Source: Bugula neritina (taxonomy: Eukaryota > Animalia > Bryozoa). From it: DNA of 64,000 bases. A program made the position numbers and the translations under genes. Positions 39,775 through 51,447 of this stretch are shown piece after piece; position 1 is the first letter of the stretch; every line of letters starts with the position of its first letter. Where the stretch lies: NCBI GenBank assembly GCA_964035545.1, contig OZ037773.1, forward strand, positions 5,857,751-5,921,750, given 5' to 3'. The notes below the pieces were generated by a model. It was given only the letters and a program-made list of their open reading frames with translations, made no database searches and was not told the origin of the DNA.

Positions 39775-42700
39775 TGTGTGTGTGTGTGTGCGTGTGTGTG
39801 TGTGCGTGCGCGCGCGCATGTGTGTGTGAGTGTGTGTGTTGTGTGAGTGTGAGCGTGAGCGTGTGCGTGTGTGTGAGTGTGTGTGTGAGTGTGTGTGTGT
39901 GTGCATGTGCGTGTGTGCGCGTGCGTGTGTGTGTGAGTGTGAGTGTGTGTGTTGTGTGTGTGTGTGTGTGTGTGTGTGATAGTGAGTCACATATGCTTTC
40001 TTAATATATTTTAGTTCAAAAGAACAAGATGTCAAAACCAGCCAAGACATAGTTGAAAAAGGCAGCTTAAAAACAGTAGAAAATTCCTCCAACTCAAAAA
40101 CCGTTGACCAAAGAGCTCTAAACCGTCTTTCAGCTACAAAGAAATTCTTTGAATGTGAGCTGAGTTACTTGTCTAATGTTTTGCAATGCCCTCCTATACA
40201 GGGCTGCTTGGCCAACAAACACAGTTCATACCATAGCGTTAGAGTCATTGAATTCATGAATATGTTTGCAACAGAGACATAAATACCTGCTATAATTAAT
40301 AAATGCAGAGAAGTCTTATAGGCAGGAATTGACTGAGTGTTATAAACTTCCAGAACACAATCTTTAAACCTTTCTCTATTGCATAACGTGTTCTTCTGTG
40401 TAAGAAACTTTAAATGTTAGGAGCACAATTTTTAGTGTTTCATTTTGCTTTGCCGTTTCTGCATGTGCACCTAAAGGTATAATTTACTATAAAATGATAT
40501 TTTGACCTTATTTAATGATATATGCCTACGATTTGATTAAATAATTAATATGCATTTAGATAGACATTTAACTTTTTTAATTTTTTATTATAGTAATTGA
40601 AATTGATTTTTTGCAGTCTGTGTAGTCATTTCTGTTGTTAACAACGTGAAGTGAACAAATCTAATTTGTAGTATTCTTCACAAGGAAAAACCTTTTGTGG
40701 ATGAATTCAGTTGAAAATTCTAACTATAACATGACAGCAGTAAGGGATACACAGATAGCCAGATTGGCAGCGGTAAAACAGGTCAGCATCTTTTACTACC
40801 TGGCCATGCCGTATGTCACATGCCACCTGTCACATGTAACTTTAGACATTTGACACATGACATTGGTCACATGACACATATAATTTATCACGTGTCACAT
40901 ATGACATGGTCACATTTAACCAAATATAACAAAAAAGTGACTGTGTTACCAAGGTTTGTGATGAGCTCCCAATAGCTAGAAGAGAGGTTGGAACGGCAAG
41001 ATGTCTGTCATTCAAGAACACAGTCTACTGTCCAATAGCAAAGGCCGGCACAACTACAATTCTTCGAGCGATATGTATCATGTCTGGGCCAGTATGTGCA
41101 AAGAATACGGAAAATCCCCATATATTTGTCCCGGAGTAAGAAACAGTTGTTTAAGAATGAAGAAATTGAGAAACTTAACTGCATGCGTTTTACTTAGAAA
41201 ATATTGAGAATGTTGGCCCACTGCCCTAAATAATTTTTTTATAAAATAATTAAAGCCCTTGATTTATTAATTTTTTCATTACTGCACCCAAATTAGAGAG
41301 CAAGACATTTATGATTCTGTAAGAAGGTTTAGCACTTACACAATTTAAACTTGCTATTGGTATAATCTTAATATATCAGAAAGTTTGAAGATTATCTCCA
41401 TAATTTTTTCCACTTTATTCAAATAATTTGTAATACTTACAACATGCTTAGAAATGCTGAACACTTTTATTACAATGAAAGTGACATGTTACAGGGTATT
41501 TATGAAAGAATTAAGTTTGGATGGTCTTTCACAATATAAGAATGATAAACACAACTGGAAAGAGAGAAAGTTTATATATACGATAGTAAGAGATCCTTGG
41601 AGAAGACTAGTGAGTGCCTACGTCGACAAGGTCCTCTACTCACTAGCGTATCACATTTTCTGTAAATCAAACAGCAACAAGCACTTCAGACCAGTGCAGT
41701 AAGTATGAAAGCTACTCTATAAGATATGTGATTGCTATGTTAGTACTTCAAATGAGCAGCCTCAGTCTAGGGTTTAGAGTGCTTACCTTGTAAACACGAT
41801 GTCATTTTTTGAACACCGACAAAAGCCATTGGTGATGTTAGGAAGAGCATCCAGTCATAATTGCTCCCGTGTCTTATTTAAATAAGTTCTCAGCCCGCTT
41901 CAACTAAATTCCTTTCCGTTAGAGGTTTTCTCACATGGATGGTGACTATAAATGTTCATGGGTTTATGTTAGTACCTCAAATATTGTATCGGTTTGTGTT
42001 TGTGTCTGGTTGCAAGATATGTTTTAACTACTAGCCAACTTGGCAACAGGTTTTCGAGTTTATTAACTGTCAAATCGTACCCTATAAAATGGGAAACATT
42101 AGAAATTGTATAAATAAGTAGTCACAATATAAATCAAAATTCAGAGGAACACTATGAATATTACAGAACCAAAAAATTGACATGAACTATTGTAATTCTA
42201 ATAAACTTACAATATTGATGCGTGGATAAAAATCTTAGCCATCACAATACCGAAACCGATAGTTTGTCCATACAAAGTGTGTAAATATGGCGGTTTGATC
42301 ATGATACACTGACTCATGCAGTACAGTGAATGAACTAGCTCTGCCAACTAATAGTAGCTTTGGTGAAAGCTTTTGAAGCTTGAAAGCTTTAATGATTGGC
42401 TGCCTGCCAATACTTCTGGGTGGCATACCAATACATCGGTGGGGTCGAATTGTTTGGCAGATACTATTCTGACAAATATTGATAAATTATGTAAATCAAA
42501 ACAAACAAAACAAAATAGGATCAGTCACAGACCATGAAATTCTTGCACCAATCCGCTGACCCCTCCGCGCACCAGCCCGTCCCCCGAAAAACGGTTGAAC
42601 GCAAACCCCTCCAGCGACACGAGCGTACACGCGGCCAAGAAGGTAGATCAGTCATTTATGGGTTCACTTCAGTTAATAAAGCCAACCTATGCACGCTGCG

Positions 42701-45700
42701 GGTTATGATAGTGTCTTTACAGCCTACCTAGTCCCTCAGTTTCCCTGCTACCTTATAGTTTTTGTAGGAAAGGGCTACTTTCCTTACTACGCCATCCTTG
42801 CTCGGATATACTTGATGTACTCGAGCTAGTTTATACTGATTACGCAGCTGACTTGGATCCATAACAACTACAACATCTCCCACCTGAAAGTTCCGTCTTG
42901 GGGTATGCCACTTTTGGTGATGAATCAGTGTGGGTGCATACAATTCGGTCCACTTCCGCCAGAAGTCATCTGAGACCGTATTTACCAGAGCCAGTCGCCC
43001 CCTTAAGGAGTAGTCTGTATTCCAGTTGCCAGGATTCTTGATGAAGGGTCGTCCAATAAGTTGACAGTTAGGTGTTAATATGTTGATCTCAGAGTCTGAA
43101 TCTGGCAGTAATCCCAATGGCCTTTCATTTAGTGTGTTTGCAGCTTCAGTGCAGATTGTGAGAAATTCTGTAGGTGAAAGCCGGCGGTTGCTCATTGAAA
43201 ATGTGAAACATCTCTTGACAGTCTTTATGAGTGATTCAGCAGCGCCCTGATACCAGGGGCTGTCACCAGGTCCAAATTCCCATTGCAACCCATTTTCTGC
43301 ACTGGTTTTCTTGATAGAACCTTTGTCCATGCGTCTCCACATATCTTTGAGTTCTTTTTCTGCTCCAGCCAACTGTGTTCCAGGATCAGAATAAATCTTG
43401 GATGGCCAGCCACGAATGTTGACAAATCGAGTTAATGCCAACAGGAAAGAATCACTGTCATATCCGAAAACTGCTTCGATGTGTGCTGCTCGTGAACTGA
43501 TGTCTGTGAATATTACTCCATAAGCTTTGCTCGAAGTTCTAGTCTGTTTTTCTCCTCTCACAATATACGGACCAAAAAGATCTATCATTACATTGTTGAA
43601 CGGCGGTCCGGTCGTTAGTCGTTCTGTAGGTAAACTTCCCATCAGTTGATCAGTAAAGCGAGCTTGTTTGAGCCGACACATTTGGCATGATGTTACTATG
43701 CCCCTAGCAACCTTAGATCCCTGCATAGTCCAAAACTCTTCTCGGAATCTTGCGAGTGTTGCATCTCGGCCACGGTGATAGCTATCTGTATGTGCCTGCC
43801 GCATTGCCAAGTAGGTAAAGTAGTGAGTGGTGGGAAGGAGTGATTGCATGTGCGTTTTAATCGCTGTCATGGGGTTATGCCTTAGGAGTCCACTGCCTAC
43901 TATCCATACTCCACTCTCTGTCTTAATGGGGTGAAGTCTTGTATATTTCCCTTTAATCTTGTTCAACTTGGAATCTATAGTGCGTTGTACCTGCTTCAGT
44001 AAGTAGAGTTTGGTCTGTCGTAGATCTTCCACGGTGATGAGATCAGATTGGAGTCCCTTAAAACTTTTGTACTTGAAGATGTTGCGAACTCGAGCTATTG
44101 TCCATGTTAGACTCTTGAGACTGCTGAAATTTTCATATTTAATAAATGATTGGACTTCTGTTGATGCAGTGACGGTGTAAACTATTTTCTTCCCTCCAAA
44201 GACAAGCTCATTCGAGTCAGATGGCGATTTTATATCCCATTGATCCTCAGGCAGATAGAGAAAATTTGGGCCTCTCCACCATTCACTCGCAGGTCCAATG
44301 TCATTGACAGGCTTCCCTCTTGTAAGCCAATCTGCTGTGTTTTCCTTGCCACTTACCCAGTGCCAGCAGCTCATGTCCCCATTGGTTGCTCCTTGAACTT
44401 CTCCAACGCGTACACCCTTGTAAACATGAAACCTTGTTGACTTCTTTTGGAGCATCTTGAGCACCGTTTCAGAATCTATAAGCTGGTAAACTTTCTCAAA
44501 CTCATGGCGCATTTCAGTCTCGATAACTCGCCTGCCTCTCTTAGACAATACGGCCGCATTGAGTTCTAGTTGAGGAATCTTGAGTTGTTGTTTCATGGGT
44601 GCTATACGACATTTAGCAGTAGCTTTGTTTACCCCTTTAGCGGCCACTTTAGATCCTGCCCTCTCATTGTCCAAGACAGGCGTGGATTGTGTGATAGAGG
44701 TACTGCTAGTAAATTCATACTTTCTTTTAATCTCTATAGACATGGTCGTAGAGTCATTGATTTCTAAAGATCTGTTCAACTGTCCAGAACCGATTTGTTC
44801 TGCAGACTCAGTGACTGGGTCTCCCGGGCTCTGTAGCGGGTCGGAGTCATCGGCTAACTCAATCGTACAACATTCAGTGGCTATAGTATGTGATTCACCA
44901 CAATCTATAATAGTCTGAGGTCTTGAAAATGACTTTGTAAACTGACTGGGAGATGCGTCGGGACTATTGACACTGTAGGCTGGCGAAGAAACTGTAGACA
45001 AGTCCAAATCGCAACTGTTAAGCGTGTCATTGTGAATTCTTTGAGAAAATTCGACTTCCTCTAACTTCTCGTGCATCATGGTAGCCTGTACATGGAAAGA
45101 TGAGGATGGAAGTGTAGAAAAGTTGCTAAGGGCCGGGTGTGATCCCTGAACACACAGTCCAAAGGGTCCGGAATACACATAGAGGTGCGGTCCTGCTTGA
45201 TCAACTTGGTGTTTTGGATGCAATCCAAGAAGATCGTTACCAATTAGCAGGTCGATAGGTTCCGTCTTCTTCAATAGCTTGCTAGTGTCTATTTTTGGGA
45301 AGAGAGATCCGAGGATGTTTGCATCAAGTGGCCTGTTGATAGCCCCTGTGAGTTTCCGAAGGCTGTAAGCTAAAATCGCAAAGGTCCTTCCCTTTGGAGT
45401 TTGTAACTTTACTTCATAAATAGTAGAAGTTTCGCTAACTTCATGTTCACCAAGTGTGTTCATTTCCAAATTCACCTTATCTATTTGTCGCGCACCCCAC
45501 GCTTTAGCCGCTCTCTCCGATATGAATGAAGCATTGGATCCGCCGTCAAAGAATATAATAGCTGTATGAGATGTACCCACTACTTGGGCCTGCTGAATGG
45601 CAAATACTGTAGCATTTCCTGGATGATTGTGCGCTCCATGATTGGGAGACACACGGACCGTGGTGCTAACAGCAGACGCTTCAGAATTCTCGTTACTCTT

Positions 45701-48700
45701 GTGCTTAATTTGATCAGCTTTTACTTTATTCTTGTTGGTATTACAATTGGTATGTGTATTAGTTTCAGCTGATTTGATACACAATAATACATGGTGGGTT
45801 GTTTTATCACAGACTGGACAAGGGGTTCGGAAATTTGGACAGCATTTAGGCTCATGAGCGCTCAAGCACCTAACACATAGAGAATTAGTTTTTATTAACT
45901 TGTATCTTTCATCTACAGACAACGCCAAGAAATTTCTGCACTCAACAAGACAATGACGCTCACTGCGATGAATAAAACAGTAATTCTTACTATCAATGAT
46001 TTTGCTATTATTAGTAGGCCTGTTACTACTAGACTTTGGGCCACTACTTTCAGTGTGGAACCCTTTCACCTTCTGTTTATGCATACTGGAGGACTGCGGG
46101 TTTACAGTTTCTATACGTCTGAGGGCTATCTGCCGTTCCTGCTCTAGAAACCTCATGAGGTGTGGGAATGGCTTGATTCTCTCCTCGTGAGTAAGTATGT
46201 GAAAGTGTCTATCCCAGTCCCGTCTAATGCTTGTAGGTAATAGGTTTGCAAGAGTATCGACTTGTGGCAGCGTAACAGTTTGCAAAAGTCCCACTTCACC
46301 GAGTTGGCTGTACGAACTTTCCACTGCATTGGCCATTTTGACGAGTTCTCGTGCATTTCCTTCCCTTACTGGCTTTAGTTCTTGTAGATTGTTGAAGACT
46401 GCTTGCACACTCATGCTAGGATCATTGTAGACCTCTTCTAATCTACACATCATTCTCTCGTAAGCTTGAGGCTGAGTTGCGAAGATTGGCTGAACCATCT
46501 CCAGAGCTTCGCCTGTGAGAAATTTTTTTAATTCGCAAGCCCTATCGACATCATCGTAAAACATAGTGGCATATCTTAGCCATACTGACCTAAATTCCGG
46601 CCAATGGTATCTGGTGCCGTTAAATGGCTTGGGTTGTGAATGAGTTTTATGTATAGATGAATTGAAGTTATTTCCACCTGTAAGTCTAGAGTCATAACTT
46701 ATTTGACTAGTTCCATTAGGGTAGCTATCATATGCATCGACAACCGAGGAAGTTGCGCCGCGAATGAAAGATTCAGAATGAGCTGCACGATCAGGACTAC
46801 CATGTAGATCACGTACTGAGAATGTAGAAGAACGAACATCTCTGACATTGGTACTTGCTATGACACCTGGATTTGATGCCAAAGCTTCACCGGATGTGTG
46901 ATCTTCCCGTAGTACCTGTCTATCACTACCACTTGCTGTGATACCTGGATTTGGTGCAAGAGTAGCCTCATGTGTGCTAGGCTGTGATCTAGGAGGAAAC
47001 AACCGACTCGACGCGACCATAGTCGGTGCATGACTCGCGCCGTCTGAAGGTGACTCTCCACCCACACCACTCTCCGCGAGACCGGACCGGACCACGAACG
47101 AATCAGATTCACGGTGTTCGAAATTCATGCTCTGTGACTGAGCCCTTGACATAAGAGTAAACTTAGACATACAATAATCTAAAGATAAAATAACTTCATC
47201 TAGTTTTAATAATAAATCAGAAAAACCTATGGTATCTGCCAAACTTTCTGAAAGAGCTACACATTTCTTATGATGTTCAGTGATAAGAGTATTGTCAGTA
47301 CAATCAGCAACTAATCCATTGGCTTTCTTAATTGCTAAAATAAGGCTGTGCTTGATTTTATAGAATTTGCTATGCCAAGTATTACAGTCAGAAATAGCTT
47401 TGTCATAACTAGCCTTTACAGCTTGATAGTACTCTACTGGACTCATCTTATTAACATAAGCAATGTCTTCCATAGACTCATCTGATGAAACGTATTCCAA
47501 AAAGTCATAATGGATAGTTAGAAACTCTTGATATGTAGATTCAAGCTGAGATCGCAGGCATTCCACTTGTGTAGAGTTGCTACTAGAGATTGCTGATTCT
47601 ATGAGATTAGTTAGCATTGTTACCTTAGACCTCAGAGTAGTACGTTGCTTCTTGAGATTAACTATGTCCTGTCGGTCCATGTCAGCCTCATCAATATTGG
47701 TACTGTATCGGTTTGTGTTTGTGTCTGGTTGCAAGATATGTTTTAACTACTAGCCAACTTGGCAACAGGTTTTCGAGTTTATTAACTGTCAAATCGTACC
47801 CTATAAAATGGGAAACATTAGAAATTGTATAAATAAGTAGTCACAATATAAATCAAAATTCAGAGGAACACTATGAATATTACAGAACCAAAAAATTGAC
47901 ATGAACTATTGTAATTCTAATAAACTTACAATATTGATGCGTGGATAAAAATCTTAGCCATCACAATACCGAAACCGATAGTTTGTCCATACAAAGTGTG
48001 TAAATATGGCGGTTTGATCATGATACACTGACTCATGCAGTACAGTGAATGAACTAGCTCTGCCAGCTAATAGTAGCTTTGGTGAAAGCTTTTGAAGCTT
48101 GAAAGCTTTAATGATTGGCTGCCTGCCAATACTTCTGGGTGGCATACCAATACAAATATGTTAGTAACTTCAGACCTTCAGTGTGCTAACTTTTATACCA
48201 TGCACAGGAAAGCTATTGGGGGATTACAACACCACATTTTACTCAGTTCTTTAGCATTTAAGAACAATAGTGGAGAAATTGAAATAACCTTTTAGGGATT
48301 ATATCAGTAAATATTATATGCACAACAGACTTGTACATTATTGCAGAGTAGCAATAGATAAAGGCAAGACACTGTCATTCCAAGAGTTTTTAGAGCACTG
48401 CGTGATTGCCCAGTACAACCAAGGAGGAAATGAAGTCATGAACATTCATTGGCGTCCTCAGCATAGCCGAGGCTCTTTGTGTGATATTAGCTACAGTTTT
48501 CTTGGTAATTACTTTACAGTTTTCTTGGTAACATGCTGTGTCACAAAGGTGAATTTAGTAGACATATTTCAAACAATAATTAAAAATTAAGCAGTATTTT
48601 TAGCTTTTGTTCGCTTTTAATTTTTAGATTTTATTATATTCAATTTATTTAAAGGAAAGATAACTTCTTATACTGTAAATATTGATATTTTACTATATAT

Positions 48701-49267
48701 AGTAATTCATTATTTGCAATATTATAATATATAGTAATATATTACTATATAGCAGTATATTACTTGTAGTATATTGCTATTTACAAATATATTACTTTAA
48801 AGAAATATATTTTAGTTTTAGCATAATAATATATAGTAATATATTACTTGTAAAATAGTATTTATAAGACTAGCTGTTGTGTTGTCGCATGCACTAGCCT
48901 GTAGTTACAAACATGTTTAATTACTAGTTGCTGTTGCCATTGGTTACATTAATAACAAACTAAACTAAAAATATGTCTCTAAGCTTAAATATGTCAAACA
49001 CCTGCACCTTTATACTTTTATACTTTTAAAGGTAAATTAGAGACAATTGATGAAGACATCAAAGTGATATTTTCTCAATACGGAGTAGCCAATGCATCTT
49101 TTTTAATGACGGAGGCGAAGAAAGTGAGAAAATACTTTGAAAAGTCTAACACTACATCAGCCATGTACCAGGAGCTTTGGGACTCAGTGAATCAAGAGAC
49201 ATTAGAGCGTGTAAGAGAGATTTACAGTGACGACATCCACATGTTTGGATACTCAGACTACTTCTAG
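38629..49267 (+). CDS. Carbohydrate sulfotransferase paralogue E (divergent). Exons: 38629-38714, 39118-39207, (39257-39289, 39339-39371 candidate), 40015-40154, 40672-40781, 40954-41135, 41495-41698, 48347-48504, 49032-49267
   Basis: Signal-anchor [22 protein letters not shown]; KNLLWM stem exon homologous to A-D; 5'-[14 protein letters not shown]; 3'-[15 protein letters not shown]; HWRPQ; GKLET. Phases join to an open frame of about 401 aa. Confidence 0.87.
39175..39429 (+). repeat. 82-bp tandem repeat (about 3 units) spanning an exon/intron boundary of paralogue E
   Basis: Unit AAACAAGACAGATGATGGAAGCCATGCCCCGAG-GTATGTTTATTGAACTGATCCTATTTGGACATAGTATTAAGTAAATCAG repeated almost exactly. Confidence 0.95.
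39635..39978. repeat. Compound (GT)n/(GTGA)/(GTGC) microsatellite
   Basis: Directly visible tract of about 340 bp, mostly alternating purine-pyrimidine. Confidence 0.97.
41754..41887 (+). mobile_element. tRNA-derived SINE with Meta-domain-like core; reverse-complement copy at about 55978-56110
   Basis: Degenerate A/B-box head followed by CCATTGGTGATGTTAGGAAGAGCATCCAGTCATAATTGCT; the matching inverted sequence lies in the first cyclase intron. The Meta assignment is recalled from the consensus, not searched. Confidence 0.6.
41985..48154 (-). mobile_element. BEL/Pao LTR retrotransposon, non-autonomous (RT-less), inserted antisense in an intron of paralogue E
   Basis: 451-bp LTRs 41985-42435 and 47704-48154 (TG...CA; one mismatch spotted by eye), 5-bp TSD AATAT on both sides, and a single gag-pol-type ORF with BEL/Pao motifs. 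Confidence 0.96.
42728..47680 (-). CDS. BEL/Pao polyprotein: Gag (3 zinc knuckles), aspartic protease, linker, C-terminal RNase H remnant, integrase; no reverse transcriptase
   Basis: [12 protein letters not shown]; Cys/His knuckles; FFDGGS and DLLIGND (protease); [28 protein letters not shown] (RNase H C-half); HHCC and DDE (IDLFGP, SDPGTQ, AESLIK). The first ATG is at 47680; the track start at 47734 is a TTG inside the LTR. Confidence 0.93.
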   Translation of the reverse strand: MDRQDIVNLKKQRTTLRSKVTMLTNLIESAISSSNSTQVECLRSQLESTYQEFLTIHYDFLEYVSSDESMEDIAYVNKMSPVEYYQAVKASYDKAISDCNTWHSKFYKIKHSLILAIKKANGLVADCTDNTLITEHHKKCVALSESLADTIGFSDLLLKLDEVILSLDYCMSKFTLMSRAQSQSMNFEHRESDSFVVRSGLAESGVGGESPSDGASHAPTMVASSRLFPPRSQPSTHEATLAPNPGITASGSDRQVLREDHTSGEALASNPGVIASTNVRDVRSSTFSVRDLHGSPDRAAHSESFIRGATSSVVDAYDSYPNGTSQISYDSRLTGGNNFNSSIHKTHSQPKPFNGTRYHWPEFRSVWLRYATMFYDDVDRACELKKFLTGEALEMVQPIFATQPQAYERMMCRLEEVYNDPSMSVQAVFNNLQELKPVREGNARELVKMANAVESSYSQLGEVGLLQTVTLPQVDTLANLLPTSIRRDWDRHFHILTHEERIKPFPHLMRFLEQERQIALRRIETVNPQSSSMHKQKVKGFHTESSGPKSSSNRPTNNSKIIDSKNYCFIHRSERHCLVECRNFLALSVDERYKLIKTNSLCVRCLSAHEPKCCPNFRTPCPVCDKTTHHVLLCIKSAETNTHTNCNTNKNKVKADQIKHKSNENSEASAVSTTVRVSPNHGAHNHPGNATVFAIQQAQVVGTSHTAIIFFDGGSNASFISERAAKAWGARQIDKVNLEMNTLGEHEVSETSTIYEVKLQTPKGRTFAILAYSLRKLTGAINRPLDANILGSLFPKIDTSKLLKKTEPIDLLIGNDLLGLHPKHQVDQAGPHLYVYSGPFGLCVQGSHPALSNFSTLPSSSFHVQATMMHEKLEEVEFSQRIHNDTLNSCDLDLSTVSSPAYSVNSPDASPSQFTKSFSRPQTIIDCGESHTIATECCTIELADDSDPLQSPGDPVTESAEQIGSGQLNRSLEINDSTTMSIEIKRKYEFTSSTSITQSTPVLDNERAGSKVAAKGVNKATAKCRIAPMKQQLKIPQLELNAAVLSKRGRRVIETEMRHEFEKVYQLIDSETVLKMLQKKSTRFHVYKGVRVGEVQGATNGDMSCWHWVSGKENTADWLTRGKPVNDIGPASEWWRGPNFLYLPEDQWDIKSPSDSNELVFGGKKIVYTVTASTEVQSFIKYENFSSLKSLTWTIARVRNIFKYKSFKGLQSDLITVEDLRQTKLYLLKQVQRTIDSKLNKIKGKYTRLHPIKTESGVWIVGSGLLRHNPMTAIKTHMQSLLPTTHYFTYLAMRQAHTDSYHRGRDATLARFREEFWTMQGSKVARGIVTSCQMCRLKQARFTDQLMGSLPTERLTTGPPFNNVMIDLFGPYIVRGEKQTRTSSKAYGVIFTDISSRAAHIEAVFGYDSDSFLLALTRFVNIRGWPSKIYSDPGTQLAGAEKELKDMWRRMDKGSIKKTSAENGLQWEFGPGDSPWYQGAAESLIKTVKRCFTFSMSNRRLSPTEFLTICTEAANTLNERPLGLLPDSDSEINILTPNCQLIGRPFIKNPGNWNTDYSLRGRLALVNTVSDDFWRKWTELYAPTLIHHQKWHTPRRNFQVGDVVVVMDPSQLRNQYKLARVHQVYPSKDGVVRKVALSYKNYKVAGKLRD

Positions 49268-50086
49268 TTGACTGCAGTCAGCTAGATGAATAATCACACT
49301 GAGAGTAACCAGAAAGGGTTTGGAACATAAGTGGATACAGGATGCTGATTGAACAGTCTATACCCTACTAGAGTATGTGAAAAAAAGAAAAGTAACCATG
49401 AGAAACTGACAAAATTGATGAAATCACAAGAAAACTAGCTAAAATACACAAACCTGAGAGAAATTAATAATACTGCCGATAATTGCTAAAAAGTTCAAAT
49501 CTGCAAAATTTTAGCTCATCAAAATTTAACGTAATGCTTTGTATGTCAGAGCTACTTCTGACACCTGTACTTTAATCTATACCTCCAAGTATAAAATATA
49601 GCTATATATAGAGGCATTCCCCAAATACTTATAGTTTCAAGATGTTTCAAACTTATTCTAATTATTGCATATATATAGATAATTAGGGTATTTCTAATAA
49701 CAGAATATATTATTATATGGTTTAGTAGATATTAATTAATTTCAGTCATTATACTCAAACACTTTTTTTATGTAAAACGCTTTTGTATCTATGAAACATC
49801 AATCTATTTGTAATTCTCTTTTATAGCAGCAAAAACACATTAGTTTGAGTTTGGTTCGTTTTATAACTAAAAATATTGTATTCAGTGATCGCTGGCCTCT
49901 TGTTCTTTAAATAATACAAATTTATTCATGCAGTCAATAAGGTTTTACATAGTTTTGTACAGCTGCTACTCTATTTAAATAACAGTTAGTTCATGCAATA
50001 TATGTAAACAGCTGTTGCTATTTTATTGAATTACTTTTGCTATTACAATTTATTCCTTTAATGTACATTTCAAACAAGTGTTGATG

Positions 50087-50092
<6 letters not shown>

Positions 50093-50122
<30 letters not shown>
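50093..50122. repeat. (TA)n microsatellite
   Basis: Directly visible. Confidence 0.95.
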
Positions 50123-50128
<6 letters not shown>

Positions 50129-51447
50129 ATATAACATAATATTGTATATTATATTATAATGTAAAATATATTGTAATCATATAATACCATAATGATATAT
50201 ATAATATAATGACAGACAATTTCACAATTACAGATGCATGTTTTATAAACACACACAACAACTTAAGCAATTTAAAGCTATATATAGTAGGGCCTACTGG
50301 CTTAATTAAAATATTTGCAAACTTGTAAAATAATACTTGGTCTTACCTAATGGTGATCTTGTTTTTATAATATACACAGTTGAAATTTAAAATTTTTCGT
50401 GAAAGTTATTGTAAGACTGCCGAGTACTAAGGTATAACATATATGGGTAAATACTATTTCTATGAACACTGTTGGTTCAAGTCCCTTAAAGAAAGATAAT
50501 AATTTGCAACTATTATATAATATGATTGATATACATATATGATATGTAAGAATATTATATTATATATAGTAGCTATATAATATTATAGCGTGTTATAAAT
50601 TTTGAAAGCATGCATGTGCAGTTTAAATTTGTGATATGCTAAAAGCTCAATGCTATACATACATAATATTAAATACTCACAAACTAAAAGCTGCAAAACA
50701 ATTACCATATTATGCAAGTTTAAAGCATATTTTCTCAAAGTTCCATTTTTTAAAAACATAAGAATTATTTATAATAAAAGTCGAATATATATTCATTTCA
50801 GTTGCTATTGGATCATGCAAACATGCAGGAGTGTGCTGCTATAAATTATTTTAGTATATCTATAAATGAATGTGCGTGTGAGTGTGTTAAGGTTTTATGC
50901 CATATGTCGGCCAGCATTATAAGGTGATGAGAGATTCCCAGTCAGTACTAATTGTTTATATATCTAATCACTAACCTAATAGGTCTGACACCACCTGCTA
51001 CAAAGCACTATTATCACGACCCGGCACAACCAGAGGTACATATTATAAAGCACTTTGTGGTTAGCTATACTTGAACATTGCTTGGTGAACATTAGGAAAA
51101 GTAAGTATAATATTATATACTAATATTACAGGTTGAAATATCTTTCTAGAGAGTTTTGTAGTGCCTTGAAAATTTCACAGTTGATAGTACACAGCTTATG
51201 TATCATCTTATACGCAAGTTATTTGTATTGGCATATTGAATATTTTTTATATTTTGAATCCCAAGTTTAATGAAATATTCAAATAATAACTGTGTTCAAG
51301 TCACTTAGGTACTTTATATACATACTTGTATATATTATAGCATATTAACATTGTAGTTATTTTATTTCCCTTTTTATGCAGTTGATATCTCGCATACATT
51401 TTTATATTATATCAATATTTTTGTATATTAATTTAGTTTAGCAAAGA

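Noticed and set aside
39510-40092. ORFs rich in HT, VC or SV dipeptides
   Set aside because: Translations of the GT microsatellite.
42235-42426. Duplicated 63-aa ORF (also 47954-48145)
   Set aside because: Lies inside the two LTRs; the duplication is explained by LTR identity.
44580-44918. Antisense ORF across the retroelement linker as an inverted RT or captured gene
   Set aside because: No recognisable motif; consistent with a shadow ORF of the - strand polyprotein.
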